64,000 nt of DNA from Macrostomum hystrix (lineage: Eukaryota; Animalia; Platyhelminthes): assembly GCA_950097015.1 (NCBI GenBank), contig CATNEN010000029.1:310001-374000 (forward strand), written 5' to 3'. The first letter of the stretch is position 1, and the number at the start of each line of letters is the position of its first letter. Shown here in pieces: positions 48,901-61,000 of this stretch. The notes under the pieces were generated by a model, which had not been told where the DNA came from, made no database searches, and saw only the letters and a list, made by a program, of their open reading frames with translations. The position numbers and the translations under genes are program-made.

Positions 48901-49660
48901 CACTTCCTGTCTCTAAGCTCCCACACTTCCTGTCTCTAAGCTCCCACACTTCCTGTCTCTAAGCTCCCACCTTTCCTGTCTCTAAACTCCCACACTTTCT
49001 GTCTCGAAAGTCCCACACTTCCTGTCTCGAACTCCCACACTTCCTGTCCCTTAATTCCCACACTTCCTGTCTATAAACTCCCACACTTTGTGTCTCTAAA
49101 TTACCACACTTCCTGTCTCTTAATTCCTACACTTCCTGTCTCGAATTCCCATACTTCCTGTATCTTAATTCCCACACTTCCGGTCTCGAAAGTCCCACCT
49201 TTCCTGTCTCTAAACTCCCACACTTCCTGTCTCTAAGCTCCCACCTTTCCTGTCTCTAAACTCCCACACTTTCTGTCTCGAAAGTCCCACACTTCCTGTC
49301 TCGAACTCCCACACTTCCTGTCTATAAACTCCCACACTTTGTGTCTCTAAATTACCACACTTCCTGTCTCTTAATTCCCATACTTACTGCATGTTAATTC
49401 CCACATCCCACACTTCCTGTCCCTTAATTCCCACACTTCCTGTCTATAAACTCCCACACTTTGTGTCTCTAAATTACCACACTTCCTGTCTCTTAATTCC
49501 CATACTTACTGCATGTTAATTCCCACATCCCACACTTCCTGTCTCTAAATTCCCACACTTTCTGTCTCGAATTCCCACACTTCCTGTCTTTAAACTCCCA
49601 CACTTCGTGTCTCTAAACTCCTACACTTCCGGTCTGTAATCTCCCACACTTCCTGTATCT
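45950..49660. repeat. 3.7-kb satellite, 21-25-bp units (CTCCCACACTTCCTGTCTCTAAA), with higher-order repeats
   Basis: Direct reading. Identical ORF-track translations at 46753/47047 (294 bp apart) and 47859/48425 (566 bp apart) show higher-order duplication. Confidence 0.97.
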
Positions 49661-49732
49661 TAATTTCCATAATTTTCTTCCCGGCACAGCAATCTCCATA
49701 ACCCTCTGTTCCATAATTGCCATACTTTTTTA

Positions 49733-50036
49733 CTCTGTCCCAAATTCCATAACCTGTTCATGACTTCTATACTTTCTGTCCCAAATTCCATAACCTGTTC
49801 ATGACTTCTATACTTTCTGTCCCAAATTCCATAACCTGTTCATGACTTCTATACTTTCTGTCCCAAATTCCATAACCTGTTCATGACTTCTATACTTTCT
49901 GTCCCAAATTCCATAACCTGTTCATGACTTCTATACTTTCTGTCCCAAATTCCATAACCTGTTCATGACTTCTATACTTTCTGTCCCAAATTCCATAACC
50001 TGTTCATGACTTCTATACTTTCTGTCCCAAATTCCA
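49733..50036. repeat. 41-bp tandem repeat, about 7 identical copies
   Basis: Unit CAAATTCCATAACCTGTTCATGACTTCTATACTTTCTGTCC at 49741, 49782... Confidence 0.96.
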
Positions 50037-50360
50037 CATACTTTCCAATCGTCCCCCCTTCTTCATATACTAGATGACTCACAATTCTGAACTTCTGGCC
50101 TCAGAATTATGGGATTCTTTTTCGTGGGAATTCTGGTATCTTAAATGAGCTCCAAACTATATTTCCTGGCTTCAATTCTGCATAATTTTTCTAATAATTT
50201 AGTTTTTTAGGAGTTAGTAACTTCGCAATTAGAAATCGACAGAAGTTCTCAATTATACATTTTAAAAATGCAAAGAACGAGTACTTAATCCAATACAGCC
50301 TAGACTGATCCGCATACTTATTAAACAATTCCAGCGCACAGCCAAGCGTTAGTTTCAAGC

Positions 50361-53300
50361 ATGCTCAACTCTCTGAAGAACTATGTCAATACACAGTTTT
50401 CCACAATTAACCCGTACAAAATTGAAGAGGCAAATCCAGCACACTTCAATAAGTAAGTGGCGTTTTTGTCAACCCCGTTCGAAATCTAAATCCATAGTTC
50501 AGTGTCAACTCCATCTTGACTCTAGTTTAAAATCAACACAATTCTAAATCCCTAGTTTACAGTGTCAACCCCATCCTAAATCCCTAGTTTACAGTGTCAA
50601 CCCCATCCTAAATCCCTAGTTTACAGTGTCAACCCCATCCTAAATCCCTAGTTTACAGTGTCAACCCCATCCTAAATCCCTAGTTTACAGTGTCAACCCC
50701 ATCCTAAATCCCTAGTTTACAGTGTCATCCCCATCCTAAATCCCTAGTTTACAGTGTCAACCCCATCCTAAATCCCTAGTTTACAGTGTCAACCCCATCC
50801 TAAATCCCTAGTTTACAGTGTCATCCCCATCCTAAATCCCTAGTTTTCACTGTCATCCCCATCCTAAATCCCTAGTTTACAGTGTCAACCCCATCCTAAA
50901 TCCCTAGTTTACAGTGTCATCCCCATCCTAAATCCCTAGTTTTCACTGTCATCCCCATCCTAAATCCCTAGTTTTCACTGTCATCCCCACCCTAAATCCC
51001 TAGTTTTCACTGTCAACCCCATCCTAAATCCCTAGTTTTCACTGTCAACCCCATCCTAAATCCACAGTTTTCAGTGTCAACCCCATCCTAAATCCTTAGT
51101 TTTCACTGTCAACCCCATCCTAAATCCTTACTTATATATATTCTCAAATTAAGTCTTTTTTTGCATGGAGATTATACTTACTGGCATTTCTCATTGCTCC
51201 AGGTACCAGGGACACATCAGTGACAATTCTGGCAGCAATTTGTATCGTGTGGCAAATCACTTCGAAATGATTTTCACTTACGTCAATGTGAAGAATGAGA
51301 ACAAGGCTTATTCGTGAGTTTTGCTGATTCCAGGTCCTTTGATCTTGAATAAAAAGTAATCTTAGGAAAGCTCCAACTCAGCAGTCACAGGAATGCAGCA
51401 TTCAGAATCGGGAATCCAGTATTCACAGTCGGGAATCCAGTATTCACAGTCGGGAATCCAGTATTCACAGTCGGGAATCCAGTATTCACAGTCGGGAATC
51501 CAGTATTCACAGTCGGGAATCCAGTATTCACAGTCGGGAATCCAGTATTCACAGTCGGGAATCCAGTATTCACAGTCGGGAATCCAGTATTCACAGTCGG
51601 GAATCCAGTATTCACAGTCGGGAATCCAGTATTCACAATTGGGAATCCAGTATCACAGTCGGGAATCCAGTATTCACAGTCGGGAATCCAGTATTCACAA
51701 TCGGGAATCCAGTATCACAGTCGGGGAATCCAGTATTCACAGTCGGGAATCCAGTATTCACAGTCGGGGAATCCAGTATTCACAGTCGGGGAATCCAGTA
51801 TTCACAGTCGGGAATCCAGTATTCACAGTCGGGAATCCAGCATTCACAACGGATTCCGCTGCCGCCCCGCAGTCTATTCCGATTAGAGAGCATGGCGGAC
51901 TCGGAGTCTCTGTTCGCTCACTATTCTTCGCGCCTGCGCGTACTTGAACGCATCGATCGAAGCCTGCTGACGCGCAAGAAGGACGTTGAGGCCGCGTGCG
52001 AAGTGCTTCGTCAGAATCCAGGTTACACGGCCTGCCATGTTGCTGTGCACCTCAACTGGTTGCACATGCTGCGACATCCGGAAATGGTTGCCATGGTGAA
52101 CGCGCCTGACGATGTTAATCGAATCACACCGTTTGTACTGTCGGTTATTAATAGCAACGTGTCCATAGTTCGCGAGTTCCTCACAATGAACAATGTGAAC
52201 CTCACCATTGTGGACTCTAACGGTGATTCCGTATTTCATCACGCGGCAGGCAAGCCGAGCGAGCTTATGACAGTGAGTAATTTGCCTGTAACACTCATAA
52301 TTACTAGTAAATCCTTTAACGTTTGCAAAATAACTATCTTCTACACTGCAGCTTCTAATCGGACGCGACCAGACAATGGTGAATCACGTGAACGATGAAG
52401 GCAGAGTGCCGCTGCACCTCACCTGTCAGGCCGCTGACGACTTGGGCACCCTGCTGCTGCTGCAGGCCGGCGCCGACCCGGCCGGCGGTGACGCGCCATA
52501 TCCGACAAAGCCCATTCACCTAGCAATGCGCAGCTGCTCGCTAAAGTGAGCTAGCTCTTACAGTTTAATCTTTTCTGATATGATCTTGAGATATCGCTTA
52601 CTGGCATGTAGAATTGAATAAAGCAAATAGGTACGCGAATTCCCGTCTCCATGGAGTTTGACGCAGGAATCAAAAGCCATTCAGCAAAAATGCTTCTCCT
52701 TTTCTCCTCTCCTCTCGTTCCCTATCTCTCACCTTCCCTCTCCTCTCACTTTCTCCCCCTTTTGTACTTTCTGCATTTAAAGTGCACTTTGTGATTCGCT
52801 GTGCAGGTGCATCGAGATGCTGTGCACTCGCGACCACGGCCTCATCAACAGTGTGGACAATGAAGGCAACTCTGTGCTGCACTACGCGCGCGAGAAGGAC
52901 ATCACCTACACACTGTGCCACTATCCGCAGATCAATAAGAATCTGGTGAACGCCAGGGGCGAGACGCCACTGCACTCTGTCATCATCGAGATGTACAAGA
53001 CTACTGACAAGAAGAAGAAGGAAGACTACCTGGATGTGATCATGACTCTGCTAGTGCTGGAGGCTGATGCCAGCATTCCCAATATCGAAGGCGAGACTCC
53101 ACTGCATTCCGCTGTTAGGGTAAGACGCTCAATTCTGTTGTCTATTAACAGTAGGACTACCAAGCCATTTTGCCGCCCGCTTTTATACCAAGGGGGGAAT
53201 TTCCCCTGAGTGACACGGGATATCAACACACTGAGTGACACAGGATATTAACACACTGAGTGACACAGGATATCAACACACTGAGTGACACAGGATATCA

Positions 53301-56300
53301 AGGCACTGAGTAAAACAGGATATCAACACACTGAGTGACACAGGATATCAACACACTGAGTGACACAGGATATCAACACACTGAGTGACACAGGATATCA
53401 ACACACTGAGTGACACAGGATATCAACACACTGAGTGACACAGGATATCCAACACACTGAGTGACACAGGATATCAACACACTGAGTGACACAGGATATC
53501 AACACACTGAGTGACACAGGATATCAACACACTGAGTGACACAGGATATTAACACACTGAGTGACACAGGATATCAACACACTGAGTGACACAGGATATC
53601 AAGGCACTGAGTAAAACAGGATATCAACACACTGAGTGACACAGGATATCAACACACTGAGTGACACAGGATATCAACACACTGAGTGACACAGGATATC
53701 AACACACTGAGTGACACAGGATATCAACACACTGAGTGACACAGGATATCCAACACACTGAGTGACACAGGATATCAACACACTGAGTGACACAGGATAT
53801 CAACACACTGAGTGACACAGGATATCAACACACTGAGTGACACAGGATATCAACACACTGAGTGACACAGGATATCAACACACTGAGTGACACAGGATAT
53901 CAACACACTGAGTGACACAGGATATCCAACACACTGGGTGACACAGGATATCCAACACACTGAGTGACACAGGATATCCAACACACTGAGTGACACAGGA
54001 TATCCAACACACTGAGTGACACAGGATATCCAACACACTGAGTGACACAGGATATCCAACACACTGGGTGACACAGGATATCCAACACACTGAGTGACAC
54101 AGGATATCAACACACTGAGTGACACAGGATATCAACACACTGAGTGACACAGGATATCAACACACTGAGTGACACAGGATATCCAACACACTGAGTGACA
54201 CAGGATATCAACACACTGAGTGACACAGGATATCAACACACTGAGTGACACAGGATATCCAACACACTGAGTGACACAGGATATCCAACACACTGAGTGA
54301 CACAGGATATTAACACACTGAGTGACACAGGATATTAACACACTGAGTGACACAGGATATCAAGGCACTGAGTAAAACAGGATATCAACACACTGAGTGA
54401 CACAGGATATCAACACACTGAGTGACACAGGATATCAACACACTGAGTGACACAGGATATCAACACACTGAGTGACACAGGATATCCAACACACTGAGTG
54501 ACACAGGATATTAACACACTGAGTGACACAGGATATCAACACACTGAGTGACACAGGATATCCAACACACTGAGTGACACAGGATATCAACACACTGAGT
54601 GACACAGGATATCAACACACTGAGTGACACAGGATATCCAACACACTGAGTGACACAGGGTATCAACACACTGAGTGACACAGGATATCAACACACTGAG
54701 TGACACAGGATATCAACACACTGAGTGACACAGGATATCCAACACACTGAGTGACACAGGGTATCAACACACTGAGTGACACAGGATATCAACACACTAA
54801 GTAACAAACTAAAGGATTTTAGAGACTTGAAGAAACACAATTATCAAATGTACGTATAAAACAATTTATTGACGGCATGTGTCGATAACCTTCTGCATAG
54901 CCAGCTGTTCTGTTTGACAAAATGTGTTTATTCTTCTACTCATAGACGCGCAACGTTGACGTCGTCCGCGCCCTCATTGTCTTCGAAGCCGACGTTAATT
55001 GCCTAAACAAGCGCGGCCAGACTCCGCGTCACATCCTATCTAGCGAGGAAGAAGGCCAGCCCGCGTTTGGGTGTGTGCACTGGCACTTTTCATGTATTTC
55101 ACTACCTAAGATATTATATTCTTTGTTAGATAGATTTATTTATAAGTCTACGCTCGTATTAATTCATTTGCAAAAATATTATTTCAGAATTCTGCCCTAC
55201 TTTCGCACGAGTACTCGCGATCGGTAAGTAGTGCAATACACACTTGTCCATCGCGTGTGTTTCATTGCTGTAAGTGCGTTTGTTTCCGTGTTAACCGCCC
55301 GCACCCGGCCTTTGATCTGCAGAGACGTGCTAATCTACACTCTGCACATGGTTGGCGCCAATCGCTGTTCCGGCGAGACCTCCGGCTGCGGCGACGGCTG
55401 TCATTATCGAGGCAAAAACAATGGCACCGTGCCTGAGGCCTGCAAAATACCCGAACTGGAGGCGCACTCGCCGGATCCTACTCCCAGGCAGAATCCCCTT
55501 AGCGGCTCTGTTGTTGGCAGCACAGCCGTTGCTCTATTGAAGCGATTGGACAATCGCTCGGCCACTGGGGTGAACTTTCGCAATTCTAACGCCTCATCAG
55601 TGTCAGCCTCGTCTACTGCTGGCGCTGAGCAAGGCTGTAGCGAACCGTGCGTCTATCTGTCCGAGTCGGCCAGCAGCTACAGCATCCTTGCTAGCACCGC
55701 CTCGCAAAGTGTTGACGTTCCAGACAACGCCGATGGCGACAATGCATCGTCTGAATTGGACGCAATCGAAGGCGACACCCTGCTGTGCCTGGATGGCGGT
55801 GGAATTCGCGGTTTAATTCTGGCCCAACTGATGCGCGCCATCGAGCGTCGGCTAATTCAACAGCAGCAGGCGCAAGTGCAGCTAGTCGACTATTTCGACT
55901 GGGTGTCCGGCACCAGTACTGGCGCCATCTGTGCTCTAGCTTTGGGTGTTGGCAAAACCGCCGCTTTTGGACGTTGTCTTTATTTAAAGCTCAAGGATCG
56001 GATGTTTCAGGTTGGCTCATAAAATACTTCATAATTAATTATTATTATTATTTTTATTATTAAAACGCGCACGCCATCTATGGGTGCTGATTTTTTTATT
56101 TTTTATTTTTTTTAACAACACATTTAAATGAACAACGAAAAGCAACATAAAAAGCGAAGTTTAGTAGGAATCAAATATCGAGCTGGGAAGGGAAAGCAAA
56201 GGTATTAAAAATAAGAGCAGTAAAAACACAAGGGACGGCAGGGATAAAACAAAATATGAAATATCTATTGTTGAATGCTAGTAAGATCTCGTAGTCTCAG

Positions 56301-58431
56301 GGCAGCTGTTCCCTTATTTTAGATATTTCTATGATGTATTTTGCTAAAGCTTCAGCGGTTTCCCTATCGTCTTGAGCCATTATGTAGTTAGATTTTTCTT
56401 CTGCTGTTAAGGATATGAAATTGGGGGTTTTCCCAGAAACTTCCGTCTCAAATTTCGAACGTGCTGCGCTATATTTATTCCAAGTGCACTTAAAAAGGAA
56501 GTGGACCTCGTTTTCAACTTCTGTTTTGCACTTACTACATAATCTATTTACATACGGAATTTTCGGTCTCTCAGTTCGCAATGTATGTATTACATTCATA
56601 ATCGTCCCTTCCGACTGACTGTCCATGTAAAAAACCTCTAAGGAGCCTTCAGAAAAACTCACCCATGTATTTTTACAGAAAGGCTCGCCCTGTCTCGGTC
56701 TGTCTGAGAAGGGCTCACTCCTGTCCCTTCAGTAGGGCTCACCCCTGTCCCTTCAGGGGGGCTCGACCGTGTCCCTTCAGGGGGGCTCACCCATGTCCCT
56801 TCAGAGGGGCTCACCCAAGTCCCTTCAGAAGGGCTCACCCAAGTCCCTTCAGAAAAGCTCACCTCTGTCCCTTCAGGGGAGCTCACCCATGTCCCTTCAG
56901 AGGGGCTCACCCCTGTCCCTTCAGAAGGGCTTGAACCTGTGTCCCTTCAGGGGGGCTCGACCGTGTCCCTTCAGGGGGGCTCACCCATGTCCCTTCAGAA
57001 TAGCTGACCCCTCTCCTTCAGAATGGCTCAAAATTGTTTAGCATCGCGTCTCCCAGAAATTTACGGTCGTAGAATGGCTCATTTTATAATTGCTTATTTT
57101 CTATCATCTCCCGCTCCAACATCGCATGCCTGCAGGGTTCGCGTCCCTACGCCGCCGACTTCCTTGAGCAGACGCTGCAGGAAATGTTCGGCGAGAACAC
57201 GGTGATGACAGATATTCCGCAGTCGCGCTGCGGCATTATGATTCACGCCCTGCTGGCCGACAGATTTCCGCCTTTGTTGCACACTTTTCGCAATTATGAC
57301 CCACCGATGCCGGATCCGCGTCCTTTGAAGTCGTCACCTGAGGTGGCCGTTTGCCGGCCCGAAGAGCAGCTGGTGTGGAGAGCAGCCCGGGCGTCTGGCG
57401 CGGCCCCTACATTCTTCAAGTCATGTGATCAGTATCTGGACGGCGGATTAGTGGCTAACAATCCAACATTGGACGCTCTGACAGAGGTATAGTATGCTCA
57501 TTGTCAATGCAGGGATTGAAGCCTAGTGGCTTATTTAGAGCATAGGACTCACGACTTGATGGTCGGGGTTTCGATTCCCGACTTCACTGGAACAATCTGT
57601 ATCCTTTGGCAAGACACTTAACTTTGCATTGCTTCAGTTCACCCAGCTTAGCTGGGGTAATTGAGGTTGGGTGTTGCGTCTTTCCCCAGTCCATGGACTG
57701 AACAGCCGTACGCAGTCTTCAGATGCGTCGGGCAGTAGCTGCACATCTGACCCAATCTGAGCTCTGACCACGCTTTCCAGCGTGGCTAAAACAATAAATT
57801 TAAAAGAAAAGCTAAACTATTAACGGCAAACTCGCGGCAAATCTCGTCCACCAGCAACGGCACTCAAATCGTTTAGGCTCGATGTCTTTTATTAAATAAT
57901 CCTTGCTTACGTATAGATGTACCGTGTTATTCGTACCTGAGCCTAAGCAACACGCATTCGCACATTCCCATCTCTCAGCTTACCGCCTACTACAAAAAGA
58001 ACTACAATCAGCGGCCAAAGCTGCGCTGCGTTGTCTCCCTGGGCACCGGGCGCATCCCGGTCATTCCAATCTCCAATCGCGACGTCTTCATGCCGTCCAA
58101 TCCGGCCCAGCTGTTGCAGACATTTCGCGGCATGAACAGCCTGGCTCAGATTATGATCGAGCAGGCCACTAGCGCCGACTATCAGACTGTGCGCCGCGCC
58201 CAGGCCTGGTGCGACTGCTTAGGCGCGCGCTATTATCGTTTATCGCCACCAATCTCGGCTGACATACCGCTGGACTGTAAGAATACTTCCATACTCATTC
58301 AGATGCTGTGGGAGACTGAGGTCTACCTAGCCAGGAATACGGACAAACTCACCCAGCTGGTGCGTGTGCTCACCGCGCCGCACAGGGCTGCCGCTGCGTC
58401 TGCGAAGACAAAGGTTTCTGACTGGTCGTAA
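50361..58431 (+). CDS. PLA2G6: Calcium-independent phospholipase A2 beta (ankyrin repeats + patatin); exons 50361-50452, 51203-51313, 51873-52272, 52352-52545, 52807-53119, 54946-55070, 55188-55223 (micro-exon), 55323-56010, 57136-57486, 57979-58431
   Basis: N-terminal NPYKIEE and LFRLESMADSESLFAHYSSRL resemble PLA2G6. Ankyrin repeats (GETPLHS etc.) and VRALIVFEADVN. Patatin motifs LCLDGGGIRG, GTSTG (catalytic Ser), YLDGGLVANNP (catalytic Asp) and VVSLGTG. All junctions are GT-AG and in phase. Confidence 0.93.
50545..51127. repeat. 32-bp minisatellite (TAAATCCCTAGTTTACAGTGTCAACCCCATCC) in PLA2G6 intron 1
   Basis: Direct reading, about 18 copies. Confidence 0.96.
51408..51846. repeat. 21-bp minisatellite (TCGGGAATCCAGTATTCACAG) in PLA2G6 intron 2
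   Basis: Direct reading; single-base indels break the frame in the 3' half. Confidence 0.96.
53207..54800. repeat. 25/26-bp minisatellite (TGAGTGACACAGGATATCAACACAC) in PLA2G6 intron 5, about 60+ copies
   Basis: Direct reading. A variant unit (aaggcactgagtaaaacagg) recurs at about 53300, 53600 and 54360, indicating block duplications. Confidence 0.97.
56091..56600 (-). mobile_element. 5'-truncated non-LTR retrotransposon (LINE) 3' fragment: ORF2 C-terminal CCHC domain, 3'UTR and A-rich tail
   Basis: ORF 56297..56662 contains RPKIPYVNRLCSKCKTEVENEVHFLFKC (Cx2C...HFLxxC). A minus-strand A-rich tail lies at about 56091-56113, antisense in PLA2G6 intron 8. Confidence 0.8.
56705..57015. repeat. 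24-bp minisatellite (GGCTCACCCATGTCCCTTCAGAGG) in PLA2G6 intron 8
   Basis: Direct reading, about 13 copies. Confidence 0.95.
57513..57762 (+). mobile_element. Diverged CORE-like SINE copy in PLA2G6 intron 9
   Basis: gaagcctagtgg...ggtttcgattccc...cctttggcaagacacttaac...cagtccatggactgaacag...gctgcacatctgacccaat aligns with the 61001 copy. Confidence 0.88.
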
Positions 58432-58544
58432 AAATTTTTGGAACTTGTTGATTGTTGTGTAGCATAAAGATGTCAGATATTGAGATCATTTATCTTAAAC
58501 TTATGTAATATGCGTAGAGACTTTTCAGTACGTTGGTCCTCAAT

Positions 58545-58655
58545 AGACCACTATCAACCACCTGGTCCTCAATAGACCCCTATCAACCACCTGGTCCTCA
58601 ATAGACCCCTATCAACCACCTGGTCCTCAATAGACCCCTATCAACCACCTGGTCT
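58545..58655. repeat. 29-bp tandem repeat (CCTGGTCCTCAATAGACCCCTATCAACCA), about 4 copies
   Basis: Direct reading. Confidence 0.92.
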
Positions 58656-59509
58656 TTAATAGCCCAGTATCGATCACATGTTACTTAAATACGAGTAGGC
58701 CACTGTCGATTACCTGGTTCTTTTTCGCCCAATTTTAAAACATAGGGTTGCCGTCTATTTTGTGCTTGTCCTGTGATGCAAATTTGTGATTGGAAGCAGT
58801 GCGTAAAGTGCTTTCGAGTGTGTAATTAACAGTTCAGTTATTTTTTATATCCAAAATGCCGTACTTTTTCAATATTTACAATGATTTTTATAGTAACCTT
58901 AATTTCACTCCTTGTGTATCCAGTTTTTATTTGCTTTGGTTTTTCAAAGTTATTCATTATTAATTTATAAAAAAACTTTGGTGACAGTACTTAGAAATGA
59001 TACTTCATAATTAGGTCCTATTTATTGAAATTATTGACGATATCATTAGTAGTTTAACTATTAATATTACACAACTGACTTGACTAATTTTGCGTTATCT
59101 AGAACACATCGCTGCCTTTTGCACACTACTCAATAGTAGCAGTGTGAGAATTGCTAATTTTTACCTTAATTTATGTTTTGTAAAATGGTAATTAATCAGT
59201 ATTGACATTGAATTTTGATTTGATCTGCTTTAAGTTCGATTTCGCACATTCCAGGTGCCGTAGCCCACCTGCGCAGGTGATTCCATAATAATGTTTTTCT
59301 CTGTGTTCCAATAGCTCTATCAATAGCGTTTCTCAATTTTTCTGTGCTTGTTGTCGGTGCAAACATGTTTTGCCAAAATATGTTATCCCACTCGTCCGCA
59401 TCAGAAATACGAGCGTAGGGTTGGTCTCGCATCGGACTCAATCAGAACTCAACTTGTAAACAAATCTTCTTTTATCAGTATTATCTCTTATGTACAACAT
59501 TACTATCTT

Positions 59510-60322
59510 ACCTGGTTCTCTAATAGGCCGCTTGTTGGCCCAATCACCTGGTTCTCTAATAGGCCGCTTGTTGGCCCAATCACCTGGTTCTCTAATAGGC
59601 CGCTTGTTGGCCCAATCTCCTGGTTCTCTAATAGGCCGCTTGTTGGCTCAATTACCTGGTTCTCTAATAGGCCGCTTGTTGGCCCAATCACCTGGTTCTC
59701 TAATAGGCCGCTTGTTGGCCCAATCACCTGGTTCTCTAATAGGCCGCTTGTTGGCCCAATCACCTGGTTCTCTAATAGGCCGCTTGTTGGCCCAATAACC
59801 TGGTTCTCTAATAGGCCGCTTGTTGGCCCAATCTCCTGGTTCTCTAATAGGCCGCTTGTTGGCCCAATAACCTGATTCTCTAATAGGCCGCTTGTTGGCC
59901 CAATCACCTGGTTCTCTAATAAGCCGCTTGTTGGCCCAATCACCTGGTTCTCTAATAGGCCGCTTGTTGGCCCAATCACCTGGTTCTCTAATAGGCCGCT
60001 TGTTGGCCCAATCACCTGGTTCTCTAATAGGCCGCTTGTTGGCCCAATCACCTGGTTCTCTAATAGGCCGCTTGTTGGCCCAATCACCTGGTTCTCTAAT
60101 AAGCCGCTTGTTGGCCCAATCACCTGGTTCTCTAATAGGCCGCTTGTTGGCCCAATCTCCTGGTTTTCTAATAGGCCGCTTGTTGGCCCAATCTCCTGGT
60201 TCTCTAATAGGCCGCTTGTTGGCCCAATCTCCTGGTTCTCTAATAGGCCGCTTGTTGGCCCAATCACCTGGTTCTCTAATAGGCCGCTTGTTGGCCCAAT
60301 CACCTGGTTCTCTAATAGGCCG
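59510..60322. repeat. 36-bp minisatellite (CCTGGTTCTCTAATAGGCCGCTTGTTGGCCCAATCA), about 22 copies
   Basis: Direct reading. Explains ORFs 59348-60352. Confidence 0.97.
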
Positions 60323-61000
60323 GTTCTTAAGCCTAATAACCTGACTTGTCAATCTGATTCTTGTAAATCCTATTCAATTGAAAAAGGTAGTCTAAATTAA
60401 GAAACCTGCTGTATTAAGCTGTTATGGATTTTTTACTTGTAGCTTTTTTCTAAAGCCAACGCTGATTATTTTTACTTAGATTAGATTTTTATTTCCTTGT
60501 TCTTCTTAACTGGCAAGCCATGCAGTTTTGAGTTAATATAGGATTTTTCTGACAATAAAACGATTAGTGCCTGACCGACAGACTAATCCTAACTACTTCT
60601 GTGTACCATAGATTTCCCAGCCCTAATTGAATATTTTAAACTTCTCTTTGTGCACTGTTTGGTGTGTCTTTGGTGTGCAGTTGTCTTCATTTATTGGCAT
60701 AGCCATTTTATAGTGTGCTGTCTGTCAACTTTTTTGTAGCTAACTAAAATAAATGGAGTGACACTTTCATTATAAGCATGTCTTGTTTAAAAATATTGCT
60801 TTTTAAATTCAGATGAAAGGAGTTCTATAATACATATTTCTTTTTCAAATTAGAAGTATTAAATTACAAGTCTTAAACTTCTCATCGAAACAATTTCAAA
60901 TGGCATCTTCTTTCTTCAGGATGTGATTGCCTTCTGAATTCAGAATGTTGTGAGCCTTCAATATTCAACATATTGTCAGCGGACCATCTGTATTCAGATA

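Noticed and set aside
50545-51127. Interstitial telomeric repeat
   Set aside because: Contains CCCTA/CCTAAA words but no (TTAGGG)n run; it is an ordinary 32-bp unit.
51385-54353. Repeat ORFs in PLA2G6 introns (SQSGIQY, CWISCVTQ)
   Set aside because: Intronic minisatellites with frame-breaking indels, bounded by well-supported splice sites.
59348-60352. ORFs in several frames over the 36-bp array (ENQVIGPTSGLL etc.)
   Set aside because: The unit is stop-free in most frames by chance; no unique domain or convincing start or splice context.
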